A stretch of DNA of 49,730 nt, from assembly GCA_036679495.1 (NCBI GenBank), contig JAZDDE010000418.1:1-49730 (forward strand). Reading direction: 5' to 3'. The position numbers and the translations under genes are program-made. Positions within the stretch are counted from its first letter, which is position 1; the number at the start of each line of letters is the position of its first letter. The notes beneath the pieces are model-generated. The model was given only the letters and a program-made list of their open reading frames with translations, did no database searches and was not told the origin of the DNA. Of the stretch, positions 18,729 to 27,823 are shown one piece after another. The DNA is from Gemmatimonadota bacterium. Lineage in GTDB: Bacteria > Gemmatimonadota > Gemmatimonadetes > Palauibacterales > Palauibacteraceae.

Positions 18729-19794
18729 CCCGACCACAGGCGATGCCCTGCTGGAGTGGTTCGAAAAAACGCGGCGCTTCGTAGCCGGCCGGGATGAGTC
18801 GGATTCGTACCGCGTCTGGGTGGCGGAAGTCATGGCCCAGCAGACCCGGATGACCACTGTTGCTGAGTACTACCAACCCTTTCTGAACCGCTTTCCGACC
18901 GTGACCGACCTGGCCGCCGCGCCTCTGGATGAGGTGCTCCGGCTGTGGGCGGGCCTGGGGTACTACGCGAGGGCCAGGAACCTGCATGCCGCCGCCCGGG
19001 AGGTCGTCGCCGGATATGGGGGCAGCCTCCCGGCCGACGTCGACGAGCTGCGCAGCCTCCCGGGAATCGGGAAGTACACGGCCGGTGCGATCGCCAGCCT
19101 GGCGTTCGGACACGCGGAGCCCGCTGTGGATGGAAACGTGAGGCGGGTCCTGGCTCGCGTCTGGGATGATCCCGATCCGTCAGCCAGCACCCTGGCTTCA
19201 CAGGTCATGGAGTTGATCCGGGACACAGGCGACGCCGCGAGTGTCAATCAGGCGCTGATGGATCTGGGTGCCTCCATCTGTAAGCCCCGTTCGCCCCTAT
19301 GCCCGGACTGCCCGCTCCAGATCGTGTGCCGTGCCCACCGCAGGGGTACGGTGGACCAACGTCCGGCGAAGCGCAGCCGTAAACCCCTTCCACACCATGA
19401 CGTAGCCGTTGCGTGTGTCTGGAAAGCCGAGCGACTGCTCATCGCCCGGCGGCCCGAGTCTTCAATGCTGGGTGGACTGTGGGAATTTCCCGGCGGCAAG
19501 ATCGAGCCTGGCGAGTCAGCCCCGGATGCGGCTCGGCGGGAGGTGCGAGAAGAGATGGCGATCGACATCGATATCGGCCCTCCCGCCGTCGTCGTGAAAC
19601 ACACATACAGCCACTTCGGCGTGACGCTACATGCGTATCATGCCCGCCACCTCCGGGGGACCCCCAGACCCGAGTCCGGCGGCCCATGGGCATGGGCGCG
19701 GAAAGCCGAGCTTGTTGGCTACGCGTTCCCCGCGGCCAGTGTGCGTATCATCGAGGGCCTCCCGGAGGCCTATCCGGAAGACTTGCCGGGCTAG
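18718..19794 (+). CDS. mutY: A/G-specific adenine glycosylase with C-terminal Nudix (MutT-like) domain
   Basis: EVMAQQT, WAGLGYYARARNLH, LPGIGKYTA (HhH), VDGNV, C-x6-C-x2-C-x5-C Fe-S motif, HTYSHF. Confidence 0.93.
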   Translation: MAPNPTTGDALLEWFEKTRRFVAGRDESDSYRVWVAEVMAQQTRMTTVAEYYQPFLNRFPTVTDLAAAPLDEVLRLWAGLGYYARARNLHAAAREVVAGYGGSLPADVDELRSLPGIGKYTAGAIASLAFGHAEPAVDGNVRRVLARVWDDPDPSASTLASQVMELIRDTGDAASVNQALMDLGASICKPRSPLCPDCPLQIVCRAHRRGTVDQRPAKRSRKPLPHHDVAVACVWKAERLLIARRPESSMLGGLWEFPGGKIEPGESAPDAARREVREEMAIDIDIGPPAVVVKHTYSHFGVTLHAYHARHLRGTPRPESGGPWAWARKAELVGYAFPAASVRIIEGLPEAYPEDLPG

Positions 19795-20645
19795 TGGTCG
19801 GTGGCCGGCCGGTGGCCCCAGTTGCGCGCACACTCCTCGCATAGCGTGTGCAGCCGGTCATCCTCGACTCGACTGAGGGACTCGCTGTTCCCGAGGCGTT
19901 GAAGGTGTGCGCAAATCGATAGTTCGGCCGCGGTATCGAGCCCGGGTGCGAGCAATCCGTACACGTCTTCGCGCACAGCCGCCACAGTGCTCGCTCCATC
20001 CCGGACCGCTGCCAAGATCTGCTGCTCCCGGTTCAGCCGGTGCTCAGAATACTCGCGAAGCCGCCCGGCGGCGTCTTGGACGGGAGGGCCGTGACCTGGC
20101 AGAAGAAGCTCGGGCTCTAGCGTGGCCAGGCGCTCGAGACTGGTCAGGTATTCCGACACGGACCCATCGGGATACAAGATTGCGCTGGATCCGGTACCGA
20201 GAACAAGGTCGCCCGTGAAGACAGCCCTCCTGCGCTCGAAGAAGTAGGAGACGTGGTCGGCCGAGTGGCCGGCGGTGTGCAGCGCCACTAGAGACCCTTC
20301 CAGGTCGCCGGGCTCGAGGAGGTCTTCATCGGCAAGCGCACGGCCCTTCAGTTGGACACGTTCCAGTGTGTCGGCTGATCCGAGGATCGGAGCCGAGAAA
20401 GTCTCGGCGGCTCTTTGTGCGGCTCCGGAGTGGTCGAGGTGGGCGTGCGTCAGAAGAATCCCGCCCACTGGCCGACCGGCCACACCTCGCTCAAGGAGGT
20501 CTATTTGGCTGTCGCCCGCCGGACCGGGATCCACGATCGTGACGGCCTCGGAGCCCAGTAGATATGTGCATGTGCCGCCAAGCGTCATTGGACCCGGGTT
20601 ATCAGCCAATAGCCTAAGCACTCCAGGGATGACCTCTGTCATCAA
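19791..20645 (-). CDS. MBL-fold metallo-hydrolase (LACTB2-like)
   Basis: ADNPGPMTL.GT, THAHLDH, GHSADH, TGD, PGHG, HRLNREQQI. Confidence 0.85.
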   Translation of the reverse strand: MMTEVIPGVLRLLADNPGPMTLGGTCTYLLGSEAVTIVDPGPAGDSQIDLLERGVAGRPVGGILLTHAHLDHSGAAQRAAETFSAPILGSADTLERVQLKGRALADEDLLEPGDLEGSLVALHTAGHSADHVSYFFERRRAVFTGDLVLGTGSSAILYPDGSVSEYLTSLERLATLEPELLLPGHGPPVQDAAGRLREYSEHRLNREQQILAAVRDGASTVAAVREDVYGLLAPGLDTAAELSICAHLQRLGNSESLSRVEDDRLHTLCEECARNWGHRPATDH

Positions 20646-21442
20646 CCCGCTTCTTCGAAGCCGGGATCGCCTGGCAGCACGGGCACGACCGAGTCACCGC
20701 GGACGAGTAACCTCGGTAGAATGGCCTCGACCTCATGGTCCGAGTAGGCGTCTATCGCATCATCCAGTGCGCCGAACCGGGAGAGGTCTTCGAGGGTTCG
20801 GCGCGTGGGAAACAGAAGAGGGAGTTTCCCTGTCTCAAATCTCCGGACGGCTTCAGCCGGTGGAAGCCAGATGTGATCGATTAGCTCACCGGTCAGTTGG
20901 GGATCAGCGCCGGGGGCCTCCGTCAAGAAGAAGCGAGCATCGTATCGGCGAGAAAGATTCTTCGGGGTGATCCACCTCCCGATGTAAGCGACGCGGAGAT
21001 TTCTGAAACTGAGTTGCATCTGCGTCACGAGGTCCGTGAACGATGTGGCCATGCTCAGCAGTTCCCTGCGGGCCCGGTCCACGTCGGCGGACGGTACCGG
21101 GTGGTCACTCAGGAGAAATCCGGTCTCTTCGAACAGCTCCCTGAGGCCGGCAGCCAGCGCCGCCCTTTCTTGGCCGGCGAAACCGGCGGGGAGTGTGTCC
21201 AACAGGGCGTCGCTGTGGTCGGCAGCGTCCACGACGCCCCCGGCGAACACGAATACGCCGGCCGCGAAACGGGACGTTTCAGGCCGTTTGAGCAGCAGCA
21301 CCTCGAAACCCACCTCGCAGAGCCGGGCCGTGATGATCGTGGCTGCGGGCCGCGGCTCGACAGGCTCCGCTCCGGGCGGAATATGCCCCCGGGAGAATTC
21401 GAGTCGTTCCAGGTACTCTCTATCCCTTTGTGGAGTGGTCAT
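20642..21442 (-). CDS. Nudix hydrolase (Nudt19-like, with a Nudix-box insertion)
   Basis: PRPAAT, FAGGVVD...LRELFEETG, RWITP, RRYDARFF, FPT. Confidence 0.85.
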   Translation of the reverse strand: MTTPQRDREYLERLEFSRGHIPPGAEPVEPRPAATIITARLCEVGFEVLLLKRPETSRFAAGVFVFAGGVVDAADHSDALLDTLPAGFAGQERAALAAGLRELFEETGFLLSDHPVPSADVDRARRELLSMATSFTDLVTQMQLSFRNLRVAYIGRWITPKNLSRRYDARFFLTEAPGADPQLTGELIDHIWLPPAEAVRRFETGKLPLLFPTRRTLEDLSRFGALDDAIDAYSDHEVEAILPRLLVRGDSVVPVLPGDPGFEEAG

Positions 21443-21482
21443 TTCACCTCTCGATCCGCAAAGGGCGGCGCCAGCAGCCTGC

Positions 21483-22232
21483 CTACCGCGAGAATCCAGT
21501 AGTGGGTGCCGCGCTCATTATGAAAAGCAGCGCGAGAACCAGCGTCATAATGCCCACAAACACGAGCACGCTTGGCAGAAGAACGATGGCTACCGATCGC
21601 CCGGTCGTGGTCCGGTGCACTTCGCGTATTCCGATGATCAGCAGCACAAGCGACCAGACGCCGCCGACCAATCCGCCGACCCACGGAATAACGTTCAGGA
21701 CTCCCGGACTTCCGGCGTAGCAGAGTATCCGGGCGGTGTCCGACAGCGCGCGCCTCCTGGGTGCCAGGAATAGCGCGAAGAGATGATATACGAGAGCCCC
21801 GAGACCGAGGGCCAGTAGGCTCGCAAACGGTGTCGCAAAGAAGTAGAGCAGCGTGAAGGACGACGCTGCTGGACCCATTTGATCCGCCTGGACGCCGATA
21901 GCTGAGCCCCAGGCCTCATCGAAGCCTGGCGAGCCCCAGGCCACGTAGAAGAAGGCCGATAACATGCTGACGATCAGATAGTACAACACCGGCCGGCCTA
22001 AGGACGACGATAGATCAAGCCGCGAAAAGAACTCCGCGGGGTGGGTTACACAGTCGAGCCACGTTTGTAGAAGATTGCTCGGGAATCCTTCGTTGGCGTC
22101 TTCCCACGCGACCTTGGGCGCCTCTGGGGCGGGGCTTTCCGAAGATTTCGCCTTGGCGGCTGGCGTTTGGCACAGAGGACACTGGACCGCCGCATCCGCA
22201 AACTCGAATCCACAGTGGTGGCAGACACGCAT
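21483..22232 (-). CDS. Yip1-family membrane protein with N-terminal zinc ribbon
   Basis: CHHC-x10-CPLC, AWE, HPAEFF, about five hydrophobic segments, GIREVH motif. Confidence 0.7.
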   Translation of the reverse strand: MRVCHHCGFEFADAAVQCPLCQTPAAKAKSSESPAPEAPKVAWEDANEGFPSNLLQTWLDCVTHPAEFFSRLDLSSSLGRPVLYYLIVSMLSAFFYVAWGSPGFDEAWGSAIGVQADQMGPAASSFTLLYFFATPFASLLALGLGALVYHLFALFLAPRRRALSDTARILCYAGSPGVLNVIPWVGGLVGGVWSLVLLIIGIREVHRTTTGRSVAIVLLPSVLVFVGIMTLVLALLFIMSAAPTTGFSR

Positions 22233-22242
22233 CGGAAGGTGC

Positions 22243-23346
22243 TTAGTCGAGCAGGCGCAGCGGCATGACCAGGCACAAATAGTCCAAGTCGGCGCTCGTG
22301 GGCTTGAAAGTCGCGGCCCGCTCAGGCGCCCTAAACCCGATCACTACATCGTCGTCGGGCATGAAGCGGAGTACCTCGAGCAGGTAATTAGCGTTGAATC
22401 CGATCTCCAGCGTGTCGCCTGCGTAGTCCACGGGCATTTCGTCTTCTGCTTCACCGAGATCCGGCGTCTGCACGCGGAAGGAGACATTTCCGTCCGAAAA
22501 CGCCATCCGGACCCGGTGCGTCTGATCGCTCGCAACGACTGCCATGCGCCGTATCGCGGCGGCCAGGTTGTCCTTGTTGGCCGTCGCTTGTTTGTCGTTG
22601 TCTTTCGGGATTACCTGCTCGTAATTCGGATACGGGCCCTCGATCAGCCGGGTGTATACAGACCGTCCTGGCGATCTGAACGCAAGGTGATTCTTAGACG
22701 CCGCAACCTCCAGCTCAGAATCCTTGTCAAACAGCTTTTGCACTTGAGCCAGAGCCTTCGGCGGCACGATTAGATCAGCATCTGGGGGGTTCGCTCCATC
22801 GATTTCCACGATCATCTTCGCCAACCTGTGGCCGTTCGTGGCCACCATGGCCACCGAGCCGGCCCGAATTTGCCACAGAACCCCATTTAGAATCGGCCGA
22901 CTTTCTTCCGTGGAAGCGGCGAAAGCGGTATGGCTGATCAGATTCTGAAGAACGCTAGCCTGTATCTTCCAGCTCTCGGCGAAGTCGAATTCTGGTAGGG
23001 CTGGAAATTCATCTTCTGGTATTCCAAACAGCTTGAAGCGACTGGTCCCGCAAGTAACCTGAATCTGTACTCCGTCCACGTCGATGTGGACCGGTGCTTC
23101 CGGAAGTTCTCGTGTGATCTCCGCTAGTTTCCGGGCCGGAACCGTTACCGCACCCTCCTTTTCGATATCCGCGTCAACGGTAACGGACACCGTCATGTCG
23201 AGATCAGTGCCCCGGATCGTCAGCTTCCCGTCCTTGGCTTGCATCAGAAGATTGGATAGAACCGGCAGCGTCGTCTTTGTGGGTATCGTGGCCGCAACGG
23301 CCCCGAGACCGGAATGCAATGACTCGCGGGTGAGCGACAACTTCAT
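22243..23346 (-). CDS. dnaN: DNA polymerase III beta clamp
   Basis: TTLPVL, GTDL, SRPILNG, VATNGHRL, RLIEGPYPNY, IGFNANYL, LVMPLR. Confidence 0.97.
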   Translation of the reverse strand: MKLSLTRESLHSGLGAVAATIPTKTTLPVLSNLLMQAKDGKLTIRGTDLDMTVSVTVDADIEKEGAVTVPARKLAEITRELPEAPVHIDVDGVQIQVTCGTSRFKLFGIPEDEFPALPEFDFAESWKIQASVLQNLISHTAFAASTEESRPILNGVLWQIRAGSVAMVATNGHRLAKMIVEIDGANPPDADLIVPPKALAQVQKLFDKDSELEVAASKNHLAFRSPGRSVYTRLIEGPYPNYEQVIPKDNDKQATANKDNLAAAIRRMAVVASDQTHRVRMAFSDGNVSFRVQTPDLGEAEDEMPVDYAGDTLEIGFNANYLLEVLRFMPDDDVVIGFRAPERAATFKPTSADLDYLCLVMPLRLLD

Positions 23347-23631
23347 CTAGAACCTCTTCCCAGGCAGAATTTCACGTTTTCCAGAAACGGTGTTAGTACT
23401 TTCTTCTATACATCTAGAATACGTAGTAGTAGTAGACTCTGTGAATATGTTGAAAAAGACGCCCGCAAGGCTTCAAAGCGTACACCCCAAGCGGCTTTTC
23501 GGCCAGACACCGCATGTGGACGAACTGTGGATTGGGAGCCTGTGTTCCCCAGCTATCAACAGAGAACAGACGTCAGCCAATTTTCGTCCCGGGCACTCCA
23601 CAGCTGTCCACAAAATTACCGACACTCAGAA
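23347..23631. other. oriC: Replication origin oriC (dnaA-dnaN intergenic)
   Basis: Degenerate DnaA boxes at 23440-23448, 23448-23456, 23515-23523, 23526-23534, 23553-23561 and 23604-23612; (TAG)4 DnaA-trios at 23424-23435; adjacent AT-rich tract. Confidence 0.85.
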
Positions 23632-25017
23632 TCACCGAACCAGGTCATCCTGCAACCGCTGAATTCGCGCGCGCAGTTCCCGATCCCCGACCATCGCCGC
23701 CTCCACCTTATTGACCGAGTGAATCACCGTGGAATGATCACGGCCACCGAACAGGGTACCGATCTCCGTATACGGAAGATCGAGAGATGTCTTTATCAGA
23801 TACATCGCGACCTGACGAGGGATCGTAAGCGTCTTGGTGCGCCGCTTCGAGACCAGTTGCTCGACGGAAACCGACCACTCGTTCGCGGTACGGCGCCGGA
23901 TTTCCTCGGCCGTGACCGGTGACCCCCGCTCTTCACCCGGCCGAGCTCCAAGGGCTTCACGCGCCAGATCCAGCGATATCTCTCGCCGAGTCAGCGAACT
24001 GTAGGCTAGCAGCTTGATAACAGCGCCCTCGAGCTGACGCACCGATGTCTTCCTGTTCCGCGCGATGTAAGTGATCACTTCTTCGTCGAGCACCAGTCGG
24101 TCTTCATCCGCTTTCTTCTGTAGAATCGCAACTCGAGTCTCGAAGTCCGGCGGCTTGATGTCCGTGACCAAGCCCCATTCGAACCGGGACACAAGTCGCT
24201 CCTGGAGACCCGGGATTTCGGACGGAGGCCTGTCGCTCGTGATCACGATCTGTTTGTGAGCATCGTAGAGCGTATTGAACGTGTGGAAGAACTCCTCCTG
24301 GGTGCCTTCCTTGTTTCCGAGGAAGTGTACGTCGTCCAGCAAGAGGACGTCGATCAACCTATACCGCTGCCTGAACTCCGCGGTGCGGCCACTTTGAATG
24401 GCCGAGATCATTTCATTGGTAAAGCGCTCCGAGGTGACGTACGCGATCTGACGGTCCGGAAGACGGTCGAGGATCGCGTGCCCGATGGCATGCATGAGGT
24501 GAGTCTTGCCGAGACCTGTGTCACCGTAGACGAAGAGTGGGTTGTAGAGCTGGGCGGGTGAATCGGCTACGCCCTGGCAAGCGGCGGCCGCGAACTGGTT
24601 ATTCGAGCCGATAACGAAACGCTCGAACCGGTATCTGTCGTTCAGACCACTACCGAGCGCTCCACGCCGCGGGGACGCCGGAGTTGGCTCTGAGACGGAG
24701 GACGAAGCCCGCTCACTAGCTACTTCGCCAAGTGCCGGTAACTCCGGAAAGTCAGGCCGCTCAAGGCTTCCATGGTGCTCGAACGTGAGCTCCAGGGGGC
24801 GGTCCAAAACACGCCCCGCGAGTTCGGATAGGCGACCGCCGTACTTGTCCTCGATCCACTCGGCCGCAAAACGGGTAGGCGCGCCGACGACGAGAGTATC
24901 GTCCGACAGGCTCAGCGCTTCCGTTGCTGCGAGCCAGGTACGGAACGTCTGCTCGGGCAGAACCTCACGCGCCGCATCTGTTATGGAAGACCAGACTTCG
25001 CTAGCCGTAAGCTCCAT
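23632..25017 (-). CDS. dnaA: Chromosomal replication initiator DnaA
   Basis: [51 protein letters not shown]. Start placed at MELTASEVW. Confidence 0.98.
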   Translation of the reverse strand: MELTASEVWSSITDAAREVLPEQTFRTWLAATEALSLSDDTLVVGAPTRFAAEWIEDKYGGRLSELAGRVLDRPLELTFEHHGSLERPDFPELPALGEVASERASSSVSEPTPASPRRGALGSGLNDRYRFERFVIGSNNQFAAAACQGVADSPAQLYNPLFVYGDTGLGKTHLMHAIGHAILDRLPDRQIAYVTSERFTNEMISAIQSGRTAEFRQRYRLIDVLLLDDVHFLGNKEGTQEEFFHTFNTLYDAHKQIVITSDRPPSEIPGLQERLVSRFEWGLVTDIKPPDFETRVAILQKKADEDRLVLDEEVITYIARNRKTSVRQLEGAVIKLLAYSSLTRREISLDLAREALGARPGEERGSPVTAEEIRRRTANEWSVSVEQLVSKRRTKTLTIPRQVAMYLIKTSLDLPYTEIGTLFGGRDHSTVIHSVNKVEAAMVGDRELRARIQRLQDDLVR

Positions 25018-25222
25018 CCAAGACCGTCGTATCGTAGCAATGTGGGCCGAAGGGGATTCGGGGCCGAGCAACGTAGACCGCTCGTCAGAGGCTGTCAAAT
25101 TTTCCGAATCTCCAGCACCGGTACCGGAAAACACGTTGACAACAGCCGATTTTGCGCCTAGCATATGTGGCTGTTCAACGAGTGTATTGGCGACGGTACC
25201 CGCCGCAAAAGCGAAACAGATT

Positions 25223-25390
25223 ATGCAGCCGACATATAGAAATCCGAGTCGGAGAAAACGACTGAAAGATCATGGCTTCCGCGCTCGAATGAAGACGCGT
25301 GCAGGTCGAATGGTTTTGTCCCGCCGACGAAAAAAAGGCCGTCATTCCCTGACGGTGAGTGACGAGACCCACTGGAAGCGCCGCCGCTAG
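25223..25390 (+). CDS. rpmH: 50S ribosomal protein L34
   Basis: [43 protein letters not shown], divergent from dnaA. Confidence 0.95.
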   Translation: MQPTYRNPSRRKRLKDHGFRARMKTRAGRMVLSRRRKKGRHSLTVSDETHWKRRR

Positions 25391-25425
25391 GCGAGCGCGC
25401 GGCCAGCCGTGCGCCGAAGGATCCG

Positions 25426-25785
25426 GTGAAAACTCGCTACGACTATCCCCGACAGTCCCGGCTACGTAGAGCTGCGGACATCTCCGCCGTGCTCCGAGAT
25501 GGAAGGCGGGTCCGCGGCCATTTCATGGACGTCACTGAAGCGAGATCGCACGAGTCGATACCAAGACTGGCTGTGATCGTTGCCAAACGTGGCCATAGCG
25601 CTGTCGAACGAAACAGAGTCCGGCGCCGCCTACGTGAAATCGCCCGCACAAGCTGGCTGCCGGCGCAGCGGCAAGCGGGTGAGGGTCGGGACTTGATAGT
25701 GAGAGCGCGGGCCGAGGCGTATGGTGCGAGCGCTGGGTCGCTGGCGGCGGATTTCGAACGATGCACACGGGAGGTGGGGTGCTGA
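25426..25785 (+). CDS. rnpA: Ribonuclease P protein component
   Basis: RLAVIVAK, SAVERNRVRRRLRE (RNR motif), synteny. Confidence 0.92.
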   Translation: MKTRYDYPRQSRLRRAADISAVLRDGRRVRGHFMDVTEARSHESIPRLAVIVAKRGHSAVERNRVRRRLREIARTSWLPAQRQAGEGRDLIVRARAEAYGASAGSLAADFERCTREVGC

Positions 25786-26018
25786 AGAGGATGGTTATTT
25801 TGATCATTCGGGCGTATCAAGCCGGCGTGTCGCCTCTACTACCAGGAGCCTGCCGCTTCACGCCGACGTGCTCGGAATACGCCCGTATTGCGATCGAGAC
25901 GCATGGGGTCCGGCGAGGCGGGTGGTTGGGCATCCGCCGGATCTTCAGGTGCCATCCGTTCGGAGGACTTGGACCCGATCCGGTGCCGGCTGCCGACCCC
26001 GGTCACGATCGCAGATAG
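25779..26018 (+). CDS. yidD: Membrane protein insertion efficiency factor
   Basis: YQ..VSP, CRFTPTCSEY, RCHPF, DPVP. GTG start after GGAGG. Confidence 0.93.
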   Translation: MLKRMVILIIRAYQAGVSPLLPGACRFTPTCSEYARIAIETHGVRRGGWLGIRRIFRCHPFGGLGPDPVPAADPGHDRR

Positions 26019-26019
26019 G

Positions 26020-27813
26020 ATGGAGAAACGAGCCCTTCTGGCCGTAGTGTTGATGATTGGAGTGGTAATCCTCTCCAACTTTCTCTTTCCGCCCACACCG
26101 CCCCCTCCCGGAACCGTTGCGGAGGGCTCTCTCGAGACGGCTGCCCCGCGACAGGTTGAAGCAGGTGAGGCGGAGCCTGCCGCTCCGAGCCTGCCGCAGG
26201 CGTCAGATGCGATTGGCCAGCTGGTAGAGGACCAGGACCTGCCGGACCCGGCCGTATCGCCCGATGACCAGGAGCCTGCGCTGCCAGACGGCCGCGCGGT
26301 GCTGGACACAGTCCATGTTCAGACCGACCTGCTCCACCTCCGGTTCTTGACGAGGGGCGCGGCCGTCATCGGCGCGGAGCTGAAGCAATACGATTCGTAC
26401 GTGGAGAACGGGAATGGTTTCACTGGTGTCGAGCTGGTGCGTGCCGGTGAGCCGTTGCTCGAATATGCCATTACGTTTGGCCGCGATACCGTTCCGCTCC
26501 AAAACGCGATTTTTGAGCCGTCCGAACGAGAGTTGATCTTAGGACCGGGCGATTCGGCCCGCGAGCTGGAGTTCACCTACCGATTTCCTGGTCGAGATGC
26601 TGCCTTTGTAACCACGTACCGGTTTACGCCGGGGTCGTATGTGATCGAGACGGAAGGCCGACTGGAAGGCGTTTCTGAGCGCGGATACACCGTACTCGTT
26701 TCCCTTGGAAACGGGCTGCGAACCAACGAAAAGAACCCGGACGAGGACCACAGGGAGCTCGCCTATGTGATAAAGAATCGCCGAGGTGGGATCCGCGAGA
26801 CCAACCTGGACAAGGTGAAGGCAGGCGAGATCCGGGTGGCCGATGGAGGGCCGTTCCGCTGGGTGGCCGTAAAGAACAAGTACTTCCTGGCGGCGTTGGT
26901 GGCGGATCCCGACAGGAGCGACTTCGGAGGTCTCGTCGCTCGCGGCGTGGACGAAGAGAACGCGGCCGAAATTACCGCCTCAATGCCAGTTCCCGCAGGC
27001 ACGGCCGGGTTCGCGTTCAAGACCTACCTCGGGCCGCAGGACTACAGCCGCCTGGAAGCGGTCGGCGAGGGCCTGCAGAACGTAAGTCCCTACGGATTTA
27101 GTTGGCTCCAGCCCGTCATGCGTCCGCTCGTGGCGATCGTGCTGGTCGTCCTGACCTGGCTGCATAACACCCTCAACTTGGCGTATGGGTGGGTGCTGAT
27201 CGTGTTTGGCGTGATGATGCGAGTGATACTCTTTCCGCTGTATCAGAAATCAATGCGGTCGCAGATGGAACAGATGGCGGTACAGCCGCTCATGAAGGAA
27301 ATCCAGGCGCGATACAAGGAGGACCCGCAGCGGCTGCAACAAGAGATGGTGAAGCTGTACAAAGAGCATCACATCAACCCGCTGTCGGGCTGCCTCCCGA
27401 TGCTTGTGCCGATGCCGATTCTGTTTACGCTCTTTTTCGTGTTCCAGGGCACAATCGAATTCCGAGGGGTACCGTTCCTATGGCTGCCGGATCTGTCTCT
27501 GAAAGATCCTCTGTACATCATCCCGCTTGTCATGGGTGCTTCGATGTTCGTCGTGCAACGCATCAGCCAACGCGGAATGGAAGTCAACGCCCAGATGAAG
27601 ATGATCGCCTGGGTGATGCCCATTTTCCTTACCGTCCTCTTCTTTAATTTCGCGTCCGGTCTAAATCTATACTATACAACCAGTAACATCGCCTCGCTTC
27701 CGCAGCAGATCTACTTGTCTCGCGAACGGCGGGCCGCGCAGGCGAAGATGAAAGCGTCGCGTGAAGAAAGCGGAGAGAAGCAGCGAGCAAAACCTCGCGC
27801 GAAGTCCGGCTGA
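26020..27813 (+). CDS. yidC: Membrane protein insertase YidC
   Basis: N-terminal TM, large periplasmic domain, YLGP, YGWVLI, NPLSGCLP, FLWLPDLS..DP, SGLNLYY. Confidence 0.96.
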   Translation: MEKRALLAVVLMIGVVILSNFLFPPTPPPPGTVAEGSLETAAPRQVEAGEAEPAAPSLPQASDAIGQLVEDQDLPDPAVSPDDQEPALPDGRAVLDTVHVQTDLLHLRFLTRGAAVIGAELKQYDSYVENGNGFTGVELVRAGEPLLEYAITFGRDTVPLQNAIFEPSERELILGPGDSARELEFTYRFPGRDAAFVTTYRFTPGSYVIETEGRLEGVSERGYTVLVSLGNGLRTNEKNPDEDHRELAYVIKNRRGGIRETNLDKVKAGEIRVADGGPFRWVAVKNKYFLAALVADPDRSDFGGLVARGVDEENAAEITASMPVPAGTAGFAFKTYLGPQDYSRLEAVGEGLQNVSPYGFSWLQPVMRPLVAIVLVVLTWLHNTLNLAYGWVLIVFGVMMRVILFPLYQKSMRSQMEQMAVQPLMKEIQARYKEDPQRLQQEMVKLYKEHHINPLSGCLPMLVPMPILFTLFFVFQGTIEFRGVPFLWLPDLSLKDPLYIIPLVMGASMFVVQRISQRGMEVNAQMKMIAWVMPIFLTVLFFNFASGLNLYYTTSNIASLPQQIYLSRERRAAQAKMKASREESGEKQRAKPRAKSG

Positions 27814-27823
27814 GGAACCGCGC

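Noticed and set aside
23423-23435. (TAG)n microsatellite or CRISPR-like repeat
   Set aside because: Explained as DnaA-trios. No spaced repeat array or cas genes were seen in the window.
25018-25164. N-terminal extension of DnaA in the ORF track (similar extensions on yidC, mnmG, oppD and dapF)
   Set aside because: Upstream in-frame starts run through promoter regions or neighbouring genes; the family-typical starts lie downstream.
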